Notes: generated by a model not told the origin, from the letters alone. Counted from the first letter of the stretch, positions 1 through 11,868 are shown. The stretch is DNA of 32,000 nt from Thermosulfurimonas dismutans (GCF_001652585.1 NZ_LWLG01000003.1:1-32000), one strand, 5' to 3'. Numbers and translations are program-made.

Positions 1-22
1 AAAAGGGTGGGCGAGGAAGACC

Positions 23-334
23 ATGGTACCAGCGCAAAAAATACGCATAAAACTTAAGGCTTACGATCATAAAGTGCTCGATCGTTCGGTGACGGAGATT
101 GTACGTACAGCCCGGGATACGGGGGCCAGGGTGGTGGGGCCTATTCCCCTTCCCACCAAGATTAGCCGTTGGACGGTGCTCCGGTCCCCGCATATTGACA
201 AGAATTCCCGGGAACAGTTTGAGATCCGGACGCACAAGAGGCTGCTGGATATTCTTGAGCCCACCCAGCAGACCATAGATGCCCTGATGCAGCTTGAGCT
301 TCCGGCTGGGGTGGAAGTGGAGATCAAGCTTTAA
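23..334 (+). CDS. rpsJ: 30S ribosomal protein S10
   Basis: 103-aa ORF with [10 protein letters not shown]...[21 protein letters not shown], typical of uS10. First gene in the canonical S10 operon order. Confidence 0.97.
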   Translation: MVPAQKIRIKLKAYDHKVLDRSVTEIVRTARDTGARVVGPIPLPTKISRWTVLRSPHIDKNSREQFEIRTHKRLLDILEPTQQTIDALMQLELPAGVEVEIKL

Positions 335-346
335 GGAGTAGGAATC

Positions 347-982
347 ATGATGGTTGAAGGTCTCATCGGAAGAAAACTGGGTATGACCAGGATCTTTAAC
401 GAGGCCGGAGAGGTGGTTCCGGTAACAGTCCTCGAAGTAGGCCCTTGTACGGTAGTGCAGGTAAAGAGCGTAGAAACGGACGGCTACAACGCGGTGCAGC
501 TCGGTTTCATGCCCAAGAAGCTTACTAAGCTCAACAAGCCCATGCGGGGTCATTTCCTGAGGGCTGGGCTGGATCATGGTTTCTATATATTGAGAGAGTT
601 TAGGGTCGAGGATCCTTCGCAGTTCAAGCCTGGTCAGGTATTGACTTTGGAGAGCCTGGGGGTGGAAAAAGGCATAAAGGTGGACGTGACTGGTAAAAGT
701 AAGGGGCGGGGCTTTACCGGAGCCATCAAACGTTGGGGCTTCAGTCGTCAGCCCATGAGTCATGGTGCCAAACAGGTTCATCGTAAGCCCGGTTCCAGTG
801 GAGCCAGTACTTTCCCGGGCCGAGTCATTAAAGGTAAGAAGATGCCTGGACATTATGGTAACGAGACCGTGACCGTGAAAAATCTTCTGGTAGCGGAAGT
901 GATTCCGGAGAAGAATCTCCTTTTGGTTAAGGGGGCTGTTCCTGGTTGGCCTACGGGTTGGGTAATGGTGTATTTCAAGTAA
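347..982 (+). CDS. rplC: 50S ribosomal protein L3
   Basis: 211 aa; GRKLGMTRIF...VTVLEVGPC...GKSKGRGFTG motifs. Follows rpsJ. Tandem ATGs at 347 and 350. Confidence 0.96.
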   Translation: MMVEGLIGRKLGMTRIFNEAGEVVPVTVLEVGPCTVVQVKSVETDGYNAVQLGFMPKKLTKLNKPMRGHFLRAGLDHGFYILREFRVEDPSQFKPGQVLTLESLGVEKGIKVDVTGKSKGRGFTGAIKRWGFSRQPMSHGAKQVHRKPGSSGASTFPGRVIKGKKMPGHYGNETVTVKNLLVAEVIPEKNLLLVKGAVPGWPTGWVMVYFK

Positions 983-994
983 GGGGTTTGGGCT

Positions 995-1627
995 ATGCCG
1001 AAGGTGGATATCTATAACAGTCAGAAAGAAAAGGTGGGTGAGGTCGAGCTTCCCGAGGACATTTATGCCGTACCGGTCAAGGTGGGGCTTTTACATGAGG
1101 TCGTGCGTTGGCAGATGGCCCGTTGGCGGGCGGGTACGGCTTGTACTAAGACCAGGGGTGAGGTCCGAGGTGGAGGCCGCAAGCCCTGGCCTCAGAAACA
1201 CACTGGCCGAGCTCGTCAGGGGTCCATCCGTGCGCCGCACTGGGTTGGTGGCGGGGTGGTTTTTGGTCCCAAACCTCGTAGCTATGAATTTAAGCTCAAC
1301 AAGAAAGTAAGGCGTTTGGCCCTCAAGATGGCTCTGAGTAACCGTGTAGCTGCAGGCCATCTTTATGTGGTTACCGACTTGGGGCTGGACGATAAACCTA
1401 AGACCAAGAAGTTCGTAGAGTTTTTGGATCGTTTCGGGACTCAAAATGTTCTGGTGGTGGTCCCAGATCGAGATATGGTGGCGGAGATGAGTGCTCGGAA
1501 CCTTCCTAAAGTGAAGGTGCTCGCGGTGGAAGGTTTGAACGTTTACGATATACTCAACCATGAATATCTCATCCTTAAACAGGATGCCCTTCCCAAAATT
1601 GAAGAAAGACTGAGGAGAGCGAGATGA
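995..1627 (+). CDS. rplD: 50S ribosomal protein L4
   Basis: 210 aa; [33 protein letters not shown] motif. Position fits operon order. Confidence 0.95.
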   Translation: MPKVDIYNSQKEKVGEVELPEDIYAVPVKVGLLHEVVRWQMARWRAGTACTKTRGEVRGGGRKPWPQKHTGRARQGSIRAPHWVGGGVVFGPKPRSYEFKLNKKVRRLALKMALSNRVAAGHLYVVTDLGLDDKPKTKKFVEFLDRFGTQNVLVVVPDRDMVAEMSARNLPKVKVLAVEGLNVYDILNHEYLILKQDALPKIEERLRRAR

Positions 1628-1923
1628 GCACGGCTAAAGATCCGCGGGAGATAATCCTGGCCCCGGTGATTACCGAAAAGTCTATGTGGCTCAAGGAAAA
1701 GTATAACCAGGTGACCTTCTGGGTGCATCCGGAGGCCAATAAGATCGAGATTCGGAAGGCGGTGGAAGATCTATTTAAGGTCAAGGTGGAGAAGGTTCAG
1801 ACTATTAGAGTGAAAGGTAAACCCAAGGGGCGCTGGCCTCGGGAGGGACGACGTCCCTTGCGCAAAAAGGCTATCGTGAGGCTGGCACCTGGGGAAAGTA
1901 TAGAATTCTTCGAGACGGTTTAG
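1624..1923 (+). CDS. rplW: 50S ribosomal protein L23
   Basis: 99 aa; [10 protein letters not shown]...[23 protein letters not shown] overlap with the rplD stop. Confidence 0.95.
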   Translation: MSTAKDPREIILAPVITEKSMWLKEKYNQVTFWVHPEANKIEIRKAVEDLFKVKVEKVQTIRVKGKPKGRWPREGRRPLRKKAIVRLAPGESIEFFETV

Positions 1924-1934
1924 GGGTGTAAGCC

Positions 1935-2759
1935 ATGCCTATCAAGACTTGTAAACCTACATCTCCGGGTAGAAGGTTTCAGACCTATTTGGTGGATCCG
2001 GAGCTTTCTAAGAAGGAGCCGGAGAAATCTCTTATTGAGCCGTTAAAAAAGACCGGCGGCCGTAATTGTTATGGTCGGGTTACGGCCCGGCACCGCGGTG
2101 GCGGGCACAAGCGGATGTATCGTATCATTGACTTCAAGCGGGACAAGGATGGGGTGCCGGCCAAGGTGGTGGCTTTAGAATACGATCCTAACCGTTCGGC
2201 CAATATCGCTCTCCTTCACTATGCGGATGGAGAGAAGCGCTATATCCTGGCGCCGGTGGGGCTTAAGGTGGGCGACGAGGTCATGAGCGGCGAGCAGGTG
2301 GAAGTTAAGGTTGGAAACTGTATGCCCCTTAAAAATATCCCGGTGGGTACGGTGGTTCATAACGTGGAGCTTCGTCCGGGGAAAGGTGGGCAGTTGGCTC
2401 GGTCGGCTGGAGCTTTTGCTCAGGTATTGGGTAAGGATGGCCATTACGTGCATTTGAGGCTTCCCTCGGGTGAGATTCGAATGGTGCACGAGCGTTGTCG
2501 CGCGACCATCGGACAGGTAGGCAACCTCGATTGGGAAAACGTGGTTTTGGGTAAAGCCGGGCGTTCTCGCTGGCTTGGAAGACGGCCCAGGGTACGGGGA
2601 GTGGCGATGAATCCGGTAGATCACCCTATGGGCGGTGGTGAAGGCCGTACCCACGGCGGGCGTCATCCCTGTTCACCCTGGGGGCAGTTGGCTAAGGGAC
2701 TCAAGACCCGGGGGAAGAAGCCTTCGGATAAGTTTATACTTCGGCGGCGGAAAGGTTAG
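1935..2759 (+). CDS. rplB: 50S ribosomal protein L2
   Basis: 274 aa; [19 protein letters not shown]...[14 protein letters not shown] motifs. Confidence 0.97.
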   Translation: MPIKTCKPTSPGRRFQTYLVDPELSKKEPEKSLIEPLKKTGGRNCYGRVTARHRGGGHKRMYRIIDFKRDKDGVPAKVVALEYDPNRSANIALLHYADGEKRYILAPVGLKVGDEVMSGEQVEVKVGNCMPLKNIPVGTVVHNVELRPGKGGQLARSAGAFAQVLGKDGHYVHLRLPSGEIRMVHERCRATIGQVGNLDWENVVLGKAGRSRWLGRRPRVRGVAMNPVDHPMGGGEGRTHGGRHPCSPWGQLAKGLKTRGKKPSDKFILRRRKG

Positions 2760-2773
2760 GGGGTGAAATAGAT

Positions 2774-3055
2774 ATGCCGAGGTCGAAGAAGAAAGGACCT
2801 TTTGTGGATGAGCATCTGATGAAGAAGGTGCTCAAGGCCAAAGAGACCGGGGAAAAAAAGGTCATCAAGACCTGGAGTCGGCGTTCTACTATTGTGCCGG
2901 AGATGGTGGGCCTTACTTTTGCGGTCCACAACGGACACAAGTTCATTCCGGTCTATGTGACGGAGAACATGGTTGGTCACAAGCTGGGAGAGTTTGCTCC
3001 TACGCGGACCTACAGGGGACACGCGGGAGACAAGGGCAAGGGTAAGAAAAAGTAA
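2774..3055 (+). CDS. rpsS: 30S ribosomal protein S19
   Basis: 93 aa; [14 protein letters not shown]...[27 protein letters not shown]. Confidence 0.97.
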   Translation: MPRSKKKGPFVDEHLMKKVLKAKETGEKKVIKTWSRRSTIVPEMVGLTFAVHNGHKFIPVYVTENMVGHKLGEFAPTRTYRGHAGDKGKGKKK

Positions 3056-3067
3056 AGGGGTATAGCC

Positions 3068-3403
3068 ATGGAGGCCAAGGCGACCGCGAGATATGTAAGG
3101 ATATCGCCTTATAAGGCGCGGCCGGTTATAGATCTCATTAGGGGCAAGGATGTGCAGGAAGCCTTGCATATTTTGGAATTTACTCCCAAGAAGGCCGCGC
3201 GCTTGATAAAGAAGGTGCTAGAGAGCGCGATAGCGAATGCCGAACACAACTACAATATGGATCCGGATAGGCTTTATGTAAAACGGGCCTATGTGGATGA
3301 GGGGCCCAGACTCAAGCGGATCTGGCCGCGGGCTTGGGGACGAGCCAGCCGGATCCTTAAACGGACCAGTCACATTACGGTGGTGGTTGAAGAAAAGTCT
3401 TAA
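3068..3403 (+). CDS. rplV: 50S ribosomal protein L22
   Basis: 111 aa; [21 protein letters not shown]...[20 protein letters not shown]. Confidence 0.96.
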   Translation: MEAKATARYVRISPYKARPVIDLIRGKDVQEALHILEFTPKKAARLIKKVLESAIANAEHNYNMDPDRLYVKRAYVDEGPRLKRIWPRAWGRASRILKRTSHITVVVEEKS

Positions 3404-3419
3404 ATAAGGAGGGAAGACC

Positions 3420-4085
3420 TTGGGCCAGAAGGTAAATCCTATAGGACTTAGGATCGGAATCACCCGGACCTGGGACTCCAGATGGTTCTCTAAAGGGAAG
3501 GAGTTTGCGGAGGCCGTTAAGGAAGATTATGAGATTCGCAAACATATCAAGGACAAACTTAAACACGCTGGTATCTCCAAGATAGAGATCGAGCGGGCGG
3601 CCAACCGGGTACGGGTGATCATTCATACGGCCAGACCCGGAATCGTAATCGGGAAGAAGGGAGCCGAAATTGAAAAGCTCAAAGAGGATCTGATCCGGCT
3701 TACGAAGGGCAAAGAGATCGTGATCGATATTCAGGAAGTGCGGCGACCGGAGCTGGAAGCTCAGTTGGTGGCGGAAAATATTGCGGTTCAGCTTGAGCGT
3801 CGAGTATCCTTTCGTCGAGCTATGAAACGGGCGGTAGCTTTGGCTTTGCGCTTCGGGGCCCAAGGGATTCGGGTGCAGTGTAAGGGCCGCCTTGGAGGAG
3901 CTGAAATCGCCAGAAAAGAGTGGTACCGGGAAGGACGGGTTCCGCTTCACACCTTGAGGGCGGATGTAGATTACGGTTTTGCGGAGGCCCTTACCAAATA
4001 CGGAGTTATTGGAGTTAAGGTCTGGATCTTTAAAGGAGAGGTCCTACCGGAGAAGGGTGGGGCCGGAGAGACTATAACCATTTAA
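3420..4085 (+). CDS. rpsC: 30S ribosomal protein S3
   Basis: 221 aa; TTG start; [13 protein letters not shown]...KH-domain GIVIGKKG...RLGGAEIAR. Confidence 0.96.
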   Translation: MGQKVNPIGLRIGITRTWDSRWFSKGKEFAEAVKEDYEIRKHIKDKLKHAGISKIEIERAANRVRVIIHTARPGIVIGKKGAEIEKLKEDLIRLTKGKEIVIDIQEVRRPELEAQLVAENIAVQLERRVSFRRAMKRAVALALRFGAQGIRVQCKGRLGGAEIARKEWYREGRVPLHTLRADVDYGFAEALTKYGVIGVKVWIFKGEVLPEKGGAGETITI

Positions 4086-4097
4086 GGGGTTTGAGCC

Positions 4098-4517
4098 ATG
4101 TTGCTTCAGCCGAGAAAGGTCAAATATCGGAAGATGCAGAAGGGCCGGGTGAGGGGTAAGGCCACCCGGGGTACGGCGGTGGAATTCGGAGAATTCGGAC
4201 TTAAGGCCCTTGAGGCCGCTTGGCTTACGGCCCAGCAGATAGAGGCTGGCCGTGTGGCCATCGTGCGCTGTGCTCGTAAGGGGGCCAAGGTTTGGATTCG
4301 AGTTTTCCCGGACAAGCCCATTACCAAAAAACCGGCTGAGACCCGTATGGGTAAAGGTAAGGGTTCGGTGGAAGGCTGGGTGGCGGTGATCAAGCCCGGA
4401 AAGATCATTTACGAGATCGAAGGTGTACCGGAGGAGGTGGCTCGCGAGGCTTTGAGGCTTGCGGCAGACAAGCTGCCTTTTAAGTGCAAGATCGTTTCTC
4501 GGGAGGATCGGCTATGA
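4098..4517 (+). CDS. rplP: 50S ribosomal protein L16
   Basis: 139 aa; [17 protein letters not shown]...[21 protein letters not shown]. Confidence 0.97.
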   Translation: MLLQPRKVKYRKMQKGRVRGKATRGTAVEFGEFGLKALEAAWLTAQQIEAGRVAIVRCARKGAKVWIRVFPDKPITKKPAETRMGKGKGSVEGWVAVIKPGKIIYEIEGVPEEVAREALRLAADKLPFKCKIVSREDRL

Positions 4518-4711
4518 AGGCTGAGGAGCTGAGGCAACTTGCTATTCCGGAGCTCAAAGAGAAATTGCGGGAGTTGAGGGAGGAGCTCTTTAACCTCCGG
4601 TTTCAGAAAAGTATTCACCAGCTTGAGAATCCCATGCGGATAAAGCAAGTCAAACGGGACATTGCCCGGGTGCTTACGGTTATCCGGGAAAAGGAATTAA
4701 ATATCCGGTAA
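4514..4711 (+). CDS. rpmC: 50S ribosomal protein L29
   Basis: The track ORF starts at 4484, but ATG 4514 overlaps the rplP stop (ATGA) and gives the canonical MKAEELRQL...[15 protein letters not shown]-terminus. 65 aa. Confidence 0.93.
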   Translation: MKAEELRQLAIPELKEKLRELREELFNLRFQKSIHQLENPMRIKQVKRDIARVLTVIREKELNIR

Positions 4712-4723
4712 AGGGTTGGGATC

Positions 4724-5014
4724 ATGGGGAACAGGAAGGAATACATCGGAACCGTGGTAAGCAACAAGATGGATAAGACCGTTGTGGTGATGGTGGAGCG
4801 TTTGGTACAACATCCGCTTTACAAGAAGTACATCAAGCGCCGCAAGAAGTTTATGGCTCATGACGAGCATAATGAATGCGAGATTGGGGATAGGGTATTG
4901 ATAGAGGAAACCCGTCCCCTTTCCCGCCATAAACGCTGGCGGGTGAAGAAAATCCTTGAGCGGGCTCCGAAGCTTGAGCCGGTGGTCGAGGAAGACCAGG
5001 TGGAGGGCAGTTAG
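4724..5014 (+). CDS. rpsQ: 30S ribosomal protein S17
   Basis: 96 aa; [18 protein letters not shown]...[19 protein letters not shown]. Confidence 0.95.
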   Translation: MGNRKEYIGTVVSNKMDKTVVVMVERLVQHPLYKKYIKRRKKFMAHDEHNECEIGDRVLIEETRPLSRHKRWRVKKILERAPKLEPVVEEDQVEGS

Positions 5015-5016
5015 CC

Positions 5017-5385
5017 ATGATTCAGCAGGAGAGTTATCTCAATGTGGCTGACAATTCCGGGGCCAAAAAGATCATGTGTATTAGGGTATTGGGTGGCTCC
5101 GGCAGGCGATATGCCCGTATTGGGGATGTGATTGTGGCTTCGGTTAAGGAGGCCCTTCCCAATTCCAAAGTGAAGGAAGGGGACGTGGTTCGAGCCGTGG
5201 TGGTGCGCACCAGGAAGGAAGTTCCTCGGCCGGATGGAACTACCATTCGGTTTGAGGAAAATGCGGCGGTGCTCATTAATCAGTATGGAGAGCCGGTGGG
5301 CACCCGTATTTTCGGACCGGTGGGAAGGGAACTGCGGGCCAAAAGGTTTATGAAGATTATTTCTTTGGCACCGGAAGTTCTTTAA
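5017..5385 (+). CDS. rplN: 50S ribosomal protein L14
   Basis: 122 aa; [27 protein letters not shown]. Confidence 0.97.
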   Translation: MIQQESYLNVADNSGAKKIMCIRVLGGSGRRYARIGDVIVASVKEALPNSKVKEGDVVRAVVVRTRKEVPRPDGTTIRFEENAAVLINQYGEPVGTRIFGPVGRELRAKRFMKIISLAPEVL

Positions 5386-5397
5386 GGGAGAGGGGCC

Positions 5398-5766
5398 ATG
5401 TTATTCAAGAGAGCTAAAAGAAGATTGCCTAAGCCGCATAAGGCCAAGTGTCATGTGCGCAAGGGAGACAAGGTGGTGGTGATCGCTGGGAAGGACAAAG
5501 GCAAGATTGGCAAGGTGCTTCAGGTCTTTCCTCGGAAGCAGAGGGCCATTGTGGAAGGTGTGAACATCGTTAAACGGCATATGAGGCCTACCCCCTATAG
5601 TGAGGGTGGGATTGTGGAGAAACCCGCACCCATTCATGTTTCTAACCTCATGCTCTTTTGCCCCAAATGTAACCGGGGAGTAAAAATTGGGCGTAAATTC
5701 CTTGAGGATGGTAGTAAGGTGCGGGTTTGTAAAAAATGTGGCGAGATTATAGAGGCTGAGGAGTAG
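5398..5766 (+). CDS. rplX: 50S ribosomal protein L24
   Basis: KOW motif [21 protein letters not shown]-terminal CPKC...CKKC zinc-ribbon form. The N-terminus is about 15 aa longer than usual, so the exact start is uncertain. Confidence 0.92.
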   Translation: MLFKRAKRRLPKPHKAKCHVRKGDKVVVIAGKDKGKIGKVLQVFPRKQRAIVEGVNIVKRHMRPTPYSEGGIVEKPAPIHVSNLMLFCPKCNRGVKIGRKFLEDGSKVRVCKKCGEIIEAEE

Positions 5767-5770
5767 GAAT

Positions 5771-6310
5771 ATGGCCTGGCTCAAGGAATATTATCAAGAA
5801 ACGGTGGTACCGAAGCTCAGAGAAAAGTTTGGTTATCGGAATCTTTTTGAGGTTCCGAAGCTGGAGAAAATCTGTGTGAACATGGGGCTTGGGGCAGCGG
5901 TACAGGAACCCAAGCTTATTGATGAAGCCCTTGAAGAGCTGGCTATCATTGCTGGTCAGAGGCCAAAAGTCTGTCGGGCGCGGAAATCCATTGCGGCCTT
6001 TAAACTCCGGGCCGGGATGCCTATTGGGGTTATGGTGACCCTTAGGAAAGATCGGATGTACGATTTTCTGACCAGGCTCATCCATGTGGCCTTGCCTCGA
6101 GTAAGGGATTTTCGTGGTCTTCCGCGGCGAGGATTTGATGGCCGAGGAAACTACACCCTGGGAATTGAAGACCATACCATCTTTCCAGAGATTGATCCCA
6201 ATAAGGTGGGACGCATTAAGGGTATGAATATCACTATTGTGACCTCGGCCGAGACCGATGAGGAAGCTTATGAACTCTTAAAACTTATGGGGATGCCCTT
6301 TAGGAGGTAA
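5771..6310 (+). CDS. rplE: 50S ribosomal protein L5
   Basis: 179 aa; KICVNMGLG...[20 protein letters not shown]. Confidence 0.97.
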   Translation: MAWLKEYYQETVVPKLREKFGYRNLFEVPKLEKICVNMGLGAAVQEPKLIDEALEELAIIAGQRPKVCRARKSIAAFKLRAGMPIGVMVTLRKDRMYDFLTRLIHVALPRVRDFRGLPRRGFDGRGNYTLGIEDHTIFPEIDPNKVGRIKGMNITIVTSAETDEEAYELLKLMGMPFRR

Positions 6311-6313
6311 TAG

Positions 6314-6490
6314 ATGCCGCGCAAAGCTCAACTCTTCAAAAAACCCAAATTTAAGGTCAGACATCGGAATCGCTGTTCTATTTGCGGAAGGCCGAGGGGG
6401 TATATCCGGCGTTTTGGGCTTTGTCGGATATGTTTTAGAAGACTGGCCTCGGAGGGGAAGATCCCCGGGGTTAGAAAAGCAAGTTGGTAA
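6314..6490 (+). CDS. rpsZ: 30S ribosomal protein S14, type Z (zinc-binding)
   Basis: Not in the ORF track (58 aa). My translation from ATG 6314: [58 protein letters not shown]. It has CxxC...CxxC and sits between rplE and rpsH. Confidence 0.93.
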   Translation: MPRKAQLFKKPKFKVRHRNRCSICGRPRGYIRRFGLCRICFRRLASEGKIPGVRKASW

Positions 6491-6503
6491 GGGGTGAACG
6501 GTT

Positions 6504-6899
6504 ATGATGACGGATCCTATTGCGGATATGCTGGCTCGTATAAGAAATGCTCTTATGGCCCGGCATAAAACGGTGGAAGTGCCGGCTTCCAAACTCAAGC
6601 TTGAGATTGCCAGAATCCTCAAAGAAGAGGGTTATGTTGAAGATTACGAGTTTGTACAAGAAGGTCCTCAAGGTAAGATTGTTATTACCTTAAAGTACGA
6701 TGAGAATCGGCGGCCGGTGATTGCAGGACTCAAGCGGGTTAGTAAGCCCGGCCGGAGGATTTATGCCGGAGTGAAGAAACTCCCCCGGGTAATGGGAGGT
6801 CTGGGAATTGCTATCATATCTACTTCCCGGGGAATTATGACCGACCATGAAGCTAGACGCCGTAGAGTAGGCGGCGAGATCCTCTGTGAGATCTGGTAA
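6504..6899 (+). CDS. rpsH: 30S ribosomal protein S8
   Basis: 131 aa; [13 protein letters not shown]...[31 protein letters not shown]. Confidence 0.96.
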   Translation: MMTDPIADMLARIRNALMARHKTVEVPASKLKLEIARILKEEGYVEDYEFVQEGPQGKIVITLKYDENRRPVIAGLKRVSKPGRRIYAGVKKLPRVMGGLGIAIISTSRGIMTDHEARRRRVGGEILCEIW

Positions 6900-6911
6900 A
6901 GGGGTGAGAGC

Positions 6912-7493
6912 ATGGCCACGCTGTCAAGGATCGGAAGAAGACCGGTACCCATACCCAAAGGGGTTAAGGTGGAGATAAAGGAAGGCAAGATCGTGGTGGA
7001 GGGGCCCAAAGGAAAGCTTGAAAAGCCCCTTCCGCCCATGGTGGAAGTGACCATTGAGGGCGAGGAAGTTCGGGTGATGCCCCAGGAGGTGCGTAAAAAG
7101 CTCCAGCGCAAGGCCAAGGCCTTCCAGGGGCTTACCAGGGCCCTTATCAACAATATGGTGACGGGAGTCAGTCAGGGATTTACCCGATCTCTGGATCTGG
7201 TAGGTCTCGGGTATCGAGCGGAAGTTAAAGGGGATGAGATCATCTTTCACCTGGGGTATTCGCATCCCATCAATTTCAAACTTCCTCCGGGCGTTAAGGC
7301 CAAGGTGGAAAAGGGGTCTGGAGATGTTCAGGCTCGGGTGGTCTTAGAAGGCATTGATAAAGAGGTTTTAGGGGAGACTGCGGCCCGTATCAAGCGATTG
7401 CGTCCCCCTGAACCTTACAAGGGCAAGGGTATTCGTTACACCGGAGAGCAGATTATCCGTAAGGCCGGTAAGGCTGGAAAGGCGGGTAAATAA
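6912..7493 (+). CDS. rplF: 50S ribosomal protein L6
   Basis: 193 aa; SRIGRRPVPIPKGVKVEI...GYSHPINFKLP...PEPYKGKGIRY. Confidence 0.95.
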   Translation: MATLSRIGRRPVPIPKGVKVEIKEGKIVVEGPKGKLEKPLPPMVEVTIEGEEVRVMPQEVRKKLQRKAKAFQGLTRALINNMVTGVSQGFTRSLDLVGLGYRAEVKGDEIIFHLGYSHPINFKLPPGVKAKVEKGSGDVQARVVLEGIDKEVLGETAARIKRLRPPEPYKGKGIRYTGEQIIRKAGKAGKAGK

Positions 7494-7529
7494 CGGGGGG
7501 AATAAGACCTCCCCGAAGGAGGCGAGTTT

Positions 7530-7916
7530 ATGCTTCGCAGGGAAAAATTCAGAAAGGTCGAACGTAGGATTCGGCGAAAGAAACGGGTGCGCAAGAAGAT
7601 TTTCGGCACTCCAGAGCGTCCCAGGCTTTCGGTTTACCGCAGTCTTAAACATATTTATGCCCAAATTATCGACGATACCCGGGGACATACCCTGGTTTCA
7701 GCCTCTTCTCTTTCGCCTGAGATTAGGGAGAGATGGGAGGAGCTGAAGAAGGAAGGTGGGAAGACGGCCATTGCGCGAGCGGTGGGAGAGCTCTTGGGAA
7801 AAAGGGCGGTTGAGGTGGGAATAAAGAAGGTGGCCTTTGATCGAGGTGGTTTTAAATATCATGGTCGGGTCAAGGCCCTGGCGGAAGGGGCCAGGAGTGC
7901 TGGCCTAGAATTTTAA
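7530..7916 (+). CDS. rplR: 50S ribosomal protein L18
   Basis: 128 aa; [24 protein letters not shown]...[20 protein letters not shown]. Confidence 0.94.
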   Translation: MLRREKFRKVERRIRRKKRVRKKIFGTPERPRLSVYRSLKHIYAQIIDDTRGHTLVSASSLSPEIRERWEELKKEGGKTAIARAVGELLGKRAVEVGIKKVAFDRGGFKYHGRVKALAEGARSAGLEF

Positions 7917-7933
7917 GGTAAGGAGGCGGTTTC

Positions 7934-8455
7934 GTGGCTACGGCTAAAGGTGGAGAGGAATTCATTGAAAAGATCATCTTCATAAACCGGGTAGCTAAGG
8001 TTCACAAGGGAGGTCGGCGTTTCCGGTTTTCGGCCATTGTGGTAGTGGGTGACGGTAAGGGACGGGTAGGCTACGGTCTGGGAAAGGCGCCGGAAGTACC
8101 GGACGCTATTCGTAAGGCCCTTGAGAAAGCTCGGAAGAATATGATCACGGTTCCTGTGATAAACGGGACCATCCCGCACGAGATTATTTCAGATTTTGGG
8201 GCGGCCAAAGTTATGCTTAAGCCCGGCCGACCCGGAACGGGAGTGATTGCCGGAAGTACCATTCGAGCCATTATGGATGCGGCCGGCATCCGGGATGTGG
8301 TGACCAAGTGTATAGGGAGTACCAATCCCCACAATGTAGTCAAAGCCACTTTTAAGGCCCTTGAGGATCTTCAGAGTCCGGAATATGTGGCTAAAAAGCG
8401 CGGTTTTAATGTTGAAGAACTCATGGAGAGGATAGGCCATGGGGAAAAAGCTTAA
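7934..8455 (+). CDS. rpsE: 30S ribosomal protein S5
   Basis: 173 aa; GTG start; [36 protein letters not shown]. Confidence 0.96.
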   Translation: MATAKGGEEFIEKIIFINRVAKVHKGGRRFRFSAIVVVGDGKGRVGYGLGKAPEVPDAIRKALEKARKNMITVPVINGTIPHEIISDFGAAKVMLKPGRPGTGVIAGSTIRAIMDAAGIRDVVTKCIGSTNPHNVVKATFKALEDLQSPEYVAKKRGFNVEELMERIGHGEKA

Positions 8456-8627
8456 GATTACGTTGGTAAGAAGTAAATACGGCTGGTCTAAGAAACAGCG
8501 GGCTACCATTGCTGGTCTTGGTCTTCGCAAAATTGGCCATACGGTTGTAAGGCCAGACAACCCCTGTATTCGAGGCATGGTGGAAAAAGTGAGACATTTG
8601 GTCAAGGTGGAGGAAATAAATGAGTGA
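8439..8627 (+). CDS. rpmD: 50S ribosomal protein L30
   Basis: 62 aa; [32 protein letters not shown]. Overlaps the rpsE 3' end. Confidence 0.93.
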   Translation: MGKKLKITLVRSKYGWSKKQRATIAGLGLRKIGHTVVRPDNPCIRGMVEKVRHLVKVEEINE

Positions 8628-9081
8628 GTTGATCACCCTTGCCAATTTGAAGCCCTTTGAGGGTTCCAAACATCGGGAAAAACGGGTAGGTCGTGGCCCG
8701 GGTTCTGGGCATGGGAAGACCTCCTGTCGCGGACAAAAAGGACAGCGTTCTCGTTCTGGAGGCGGAGTGCCACCTTGGTTTGAAGGTGGACAGATGCCTC
8801 TTATTCGTCGGCTTCCCAAGAGGGGCTTCAAAAATCCTTTTCGCGTAGAATATGAAGTGGTTAACGTTAAGGATCTGGCTAAACGGTTTTCCGAAGGTGC
8901 GGTAGTAGATATAGAAGCCCTAAAGGAAGCCGGTTTAGTAAAAGGTCGGAATGTAAGGGTGAAACTTTTGGGAGATGGTGAGATCAATTTCGCTTTAACC
9001 GTAAAGGTACATGCCGCCTCCAGGAGTGCCCGAGAAAAGATCGAGAAGGCTGGGGGCAAGGTGGAGCTGCTAGAGGCTTAA
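8620..9081 (+). CDS. rplO: 50S ribosomal protein L15
   Basis: 153 aa; [27 protein letters not shown]...[15 protein letters not shown]. Confidence 0.95.
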   Translation: MSELITLANLKPFEGSKHREKRVGRGPGSGHGKTSCRGQKGQRSRSGGGVPPWFEGGQMPLIRRLPKRGFKNPFRVEYEVVNVKDLAKRFSEGAVVDIEALKEAGLVKGRNVRVKLLGDGEINFALTVKVHAASRSAREKIEKAGGKVELLEA

Positions 9082-9085
9082 AGGG

Positions 9086-10399
9086 ATGCTCAGGACCTCG
9101 GGCGTAGAGAGCCTGGCCAATATTCCGGAGCTGAGACGGCGGGTCTTTTTCCTTTTGGCAGCTCTGGCTATTTATAGGATTGCGGTACATATCCCTACTC
9201 CGGGCATAAACGCTGAGGCCTTGGTAGCCCTTTTTTCCCGAGCCGGAGGAACGATCCTCGGGTTCGTAGATATGTTTTCGGGGGGGGCCCTGAGGCGACT
9301 TTCGGTTTGCGCCTTGGGGATCATGCCTTATATCAGTGCTTCCATTATTCTTCAGCTACTTACGGTGGTTTATCCCTCCCTAAAGGAGATGCAGAGGGAG
9401 GGCCCCGAAGGACGACGCAAGATTGCCTATTACACTAGGTATCTCACGGTTCTTATTTGTCTCGTTCAGGGATTTGGGATTGCGGTGGGGCTCGAGAAGA
9501 TGACCGGTCCCAACGGGGACCCCATCGTGATGTTTCCGGGCTGGGGCTTTAGGCTTCTTACCATGATAACCCTTACCACGGGTTCGGTCTTTCTCATGTG
9601 GCTCGGGGAACAGATCACCGAGCATGGGATTGGCAATGGAATTTCCATCTTGATTTTTGCCGGTATAGTGGCGCGTTTGCCATCAGCTATCATTAACACT
9701 TTTCGTTTCGTAAAAACCGGCGAACTTTCGGGAGCCATCCTCTTTTTTGTATTGCTCCTAGTGGTAGGGGTGCTGGCCTTTACCTGTTTCATGGAGATGG
9801 CTCAGCGTCGGATCCCCATTCACTATGCGCGTAGGATGGTGGGGCGTCAGGTAGTTGGGGGTCAGAGTACCTATTTACCCCTCAAGGTGAACACCGCTGG
9901 TGTAATTCCTCCCATTTTTGCCTCTTCAGTATTGATGTTTCCGGCCACGGTGGCCACTTTTGTGCCTTTGGGCTTTATTCAGAGCCTTTCCAGTCATCTG
10001 AGGCCGGGGCAGATATTATATGAGATCCTCTATGTAATCCTGATTATCTTTTTCTGTTATTTTTACACGGCCATTATCTTTAATCCTCAAGAAGTGGCCG
10101 ATAATCTTAAGAAATGGGGGGGGTTCATCCCTGGGATTCGCCCGGGAAGGGCTACGGAGGAATTTTTGGATCGGGTGTTGAATAGGATAACCCTTATTGG
10201 GGCCCTTTATATTTCGGCCATTTGTGTGTTGCCGACGTTTTTAATCGTGAAATTCAACGTGCCCTTTTATTTTGGAGGCACGGCCCTTTTAATCGTGGTG
10301 GGGGTGGCCATGGACACCATGGCCCAGCTTGAGGCCCATCTTTTGACCAGGCGATACGATAGCCTGGTGAGGGAGGGGCGGCTAAGACGCCGTCGCTAA
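9086..10399 (+). CDS. secY: preprotein translocase subunit SecY
   Basis: 437 aa, polytopic. IPELRRRVFFLLAALAIYRI...GIMPYISASIILQLL...GNGISILIF. Lies between rplO and adk. Confidence 0.96.
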   Translation: MLRTSGVESLANIPELRRRVFFLLAALAIYRIAVHIPTPGINAEALVALFSRAGGTILGFVDMFSGGALRRLSVCALGIMPYISASIILQLLTVVYPSLKEMQREGPEGRRKIAYYTRYLTVLICLVQGFGIAVGLEKMTGPNGDPIVMFPGWGFRLLTMITLTTGSVFLMWLGEQITEHGIGNGISILIFAGIVARLPSAIINTFRFVKTGELSGAILFFVLLLVVGVLAFTCFMEMAQRRIPIHYARRMVGRQVVGGQSTYLPLKVNTAGVIPPIFASSVLMFPATVATFVPLGFIQSLSSHLRPGQILYEILYVILIIFFCYFYTAIIFNPQEVADNLKKWGGFIPGIRPGRATEEFLDRVLNRITLIGALYISAICVLPTFLIVKFNVPFYFGGTALLIVVGVAMDTMAQLEAHLLTRRYDSLVREGRLRRRR

Positions 10400-10423
10400 A
10401 AATTCGAGAAAGGAGGGAGGGAG

Positions 10424-11065
10424 ATGAACATTGTATTTTTAGGACCTCCGGGCGCCGGTAAAGGCACACAAGCTAAACGGATTACGGAAAAGTACGGTAT
10501 TCCCCAGATTTCCACTGGAGATATGTTTCGGGAACATCTTTCCAAGGGTACGGAGCTCGGGAAAAAGGCCAAGGAATACATGGAAAAGGGCCAATTGGTA
10601 CCAGACGAAATCGTGCTCGGTATGGTAGAGGAGCGGCTTAAACAGCCCGATTGTGAAAAAGGCTTTATTCTTGACGGTTTCCCTCGCACGGTACCTCAGG
10701 CTGAGGCTTTGGATGAAATGTTGGCCAAGTGGGGAAAGAAAATTGATTATGCCATTGCCATCGAAGTTCCGGATGAGGAGCTGGTCAAGAGGCTTACCGG
10801 ACGTCGGACTTGCAAAAACTGCGGTATGATGTATCATATCATATTCAAGCCTCCGAAGGAGGATAATAAGTGCGATGCCTGCGGAGGCGAATTGTATCAG
10901 CGTGCGGATGATAATGAAGAGACGGTAAGGAATCGTCTCAAGGTTTATCACGAATCTACGGCTCCCCTGATTGATTATTACGAGAAGAAGGGTGTGCTTC
11001 ACCGGATTGATGGTATGGGGAGCATTGATGAGATTTTTGAGCGAATAGTCAAGGTTCTAGGGTAA
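10424..11065 (+). CDS. adk: adenylate kinase (zinc-lid type)
   Basis: 213 aa; P-loop GPPGAGKGTQA; lid CKNCG...CDACGGEL. Confidence 0.96.
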   Translation: MNIVFLGPPGAGKGTQAKRITEKYGIPQISTGDMFREHLSKGTELGKKAKEYMEKGQLVPDEIVLGMVEERLKQPDCEKGFILDGFPRTVPQAEALDEMLAKWGKKIDYAIAIEVPDEELVKRLTGRRTCKNCGMMYHIIFKPPKEDNKCDACGGELYQRADDNEETVRNRLKVYHESTAPLIDYYEKKGVLHRIDGMGSIDEIFERIVKVLG

Positions 11066-11074
11066 AGTTTTTAG

Positions 11075-11860
11075 GTGCGGCGGATATCTTTTAAAGGTTT
11101 GCCTAGCAAGAAGATAAAACTCAAGGCCCCCTGGGAAATCGAACTTCTCAGGCGGGCCAATAATATTGTCGCGGAGGTTTTGTTGCGTTTGGCAGAGGAA
11201 TCGAAACCCGGGGTCTCGACCTGGGATCTTGAGGTATTGGCCGATACCCTTTGTCGGAAGCGCGGAGGGCGGCCGGCCTTTAAGGGCTATCGGGGGTATC
11301 CCCATGCCCTTTGTGTTTCGATAAATGAAGAGATCATTCATGGTATGCCTCGAGAAGATAAGGTTCTCAAGGAAGGCGACATCGTGAGTTTCGATTTTGG
11401 CGTGGAATACGAGGGTTATATCGGGGATGCAGCTCTTACGGTAGCGGTGGGCAAAACCTCAGAGCTTGCGGAAAAGTTGATGAAGGTAACAGAGGAGGCC
11501 CTTTATATCGGGATAGACAAGGCCCGAGTAGGGAATCGGGTAGGGGATATTTCGGCGGCCATTCAGCGCCATGTGGAGAGACACGGTTTTTCGGTGATCC
11601 GGGATTTTGTAGGGCACGGTATAGGGCGCGAGCTTCATGAACCGCCGGAGGTTCCGAATTTTGGAAAACCTGGCAAAGGGCCGAGGCTTCAGGCTGGGAT
11701 GGTATTGGCTATTGAGCCTATGGTGGTTACGGGTAGCCCCAAAGTGAAGGTCTTGGATGATAAGTGGACGGCGGTTACTGAGGATGGAGGGCTTGCGGCC
11801 CATTTTGAACATTCGGTAGCTATCACGGCTCGTGGCCCCGAAATCCTTTCCAAGATTTAA
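11075..11860 (+). CDS. map: type I methionine aminopeptidase
   Basis: 261 aa; GTG start in the track (start uncertain); [20 protein letters not shown] and [10 protein letters not shown] motifs. Confidence 0.93.
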   Translation: MRRISFKGLPSKKIKLKAPWEIELLRRANNIVAEVLLRLAEESKPGVSTWDLEVLADTLCRKRGGRPAFKGYRGYPHALCVSINEEIIHGMPREDKVLKEGDIVSFDFGVEYEGYIGDAALTVAVGKTSELAEKLMKVTEEALYIGIDKARVGNRVGDISAAIQRHVERHGFSVIRDFVGHGIGRELHEPPEVPNFGKPGKGPRLQAGMVLAIEPMVVTGSPKVKVLDDKWTAVTEDGGLAAHFEHSVAITARGPEILSKI

Positions 11861-11868
11861 GGAGAAAC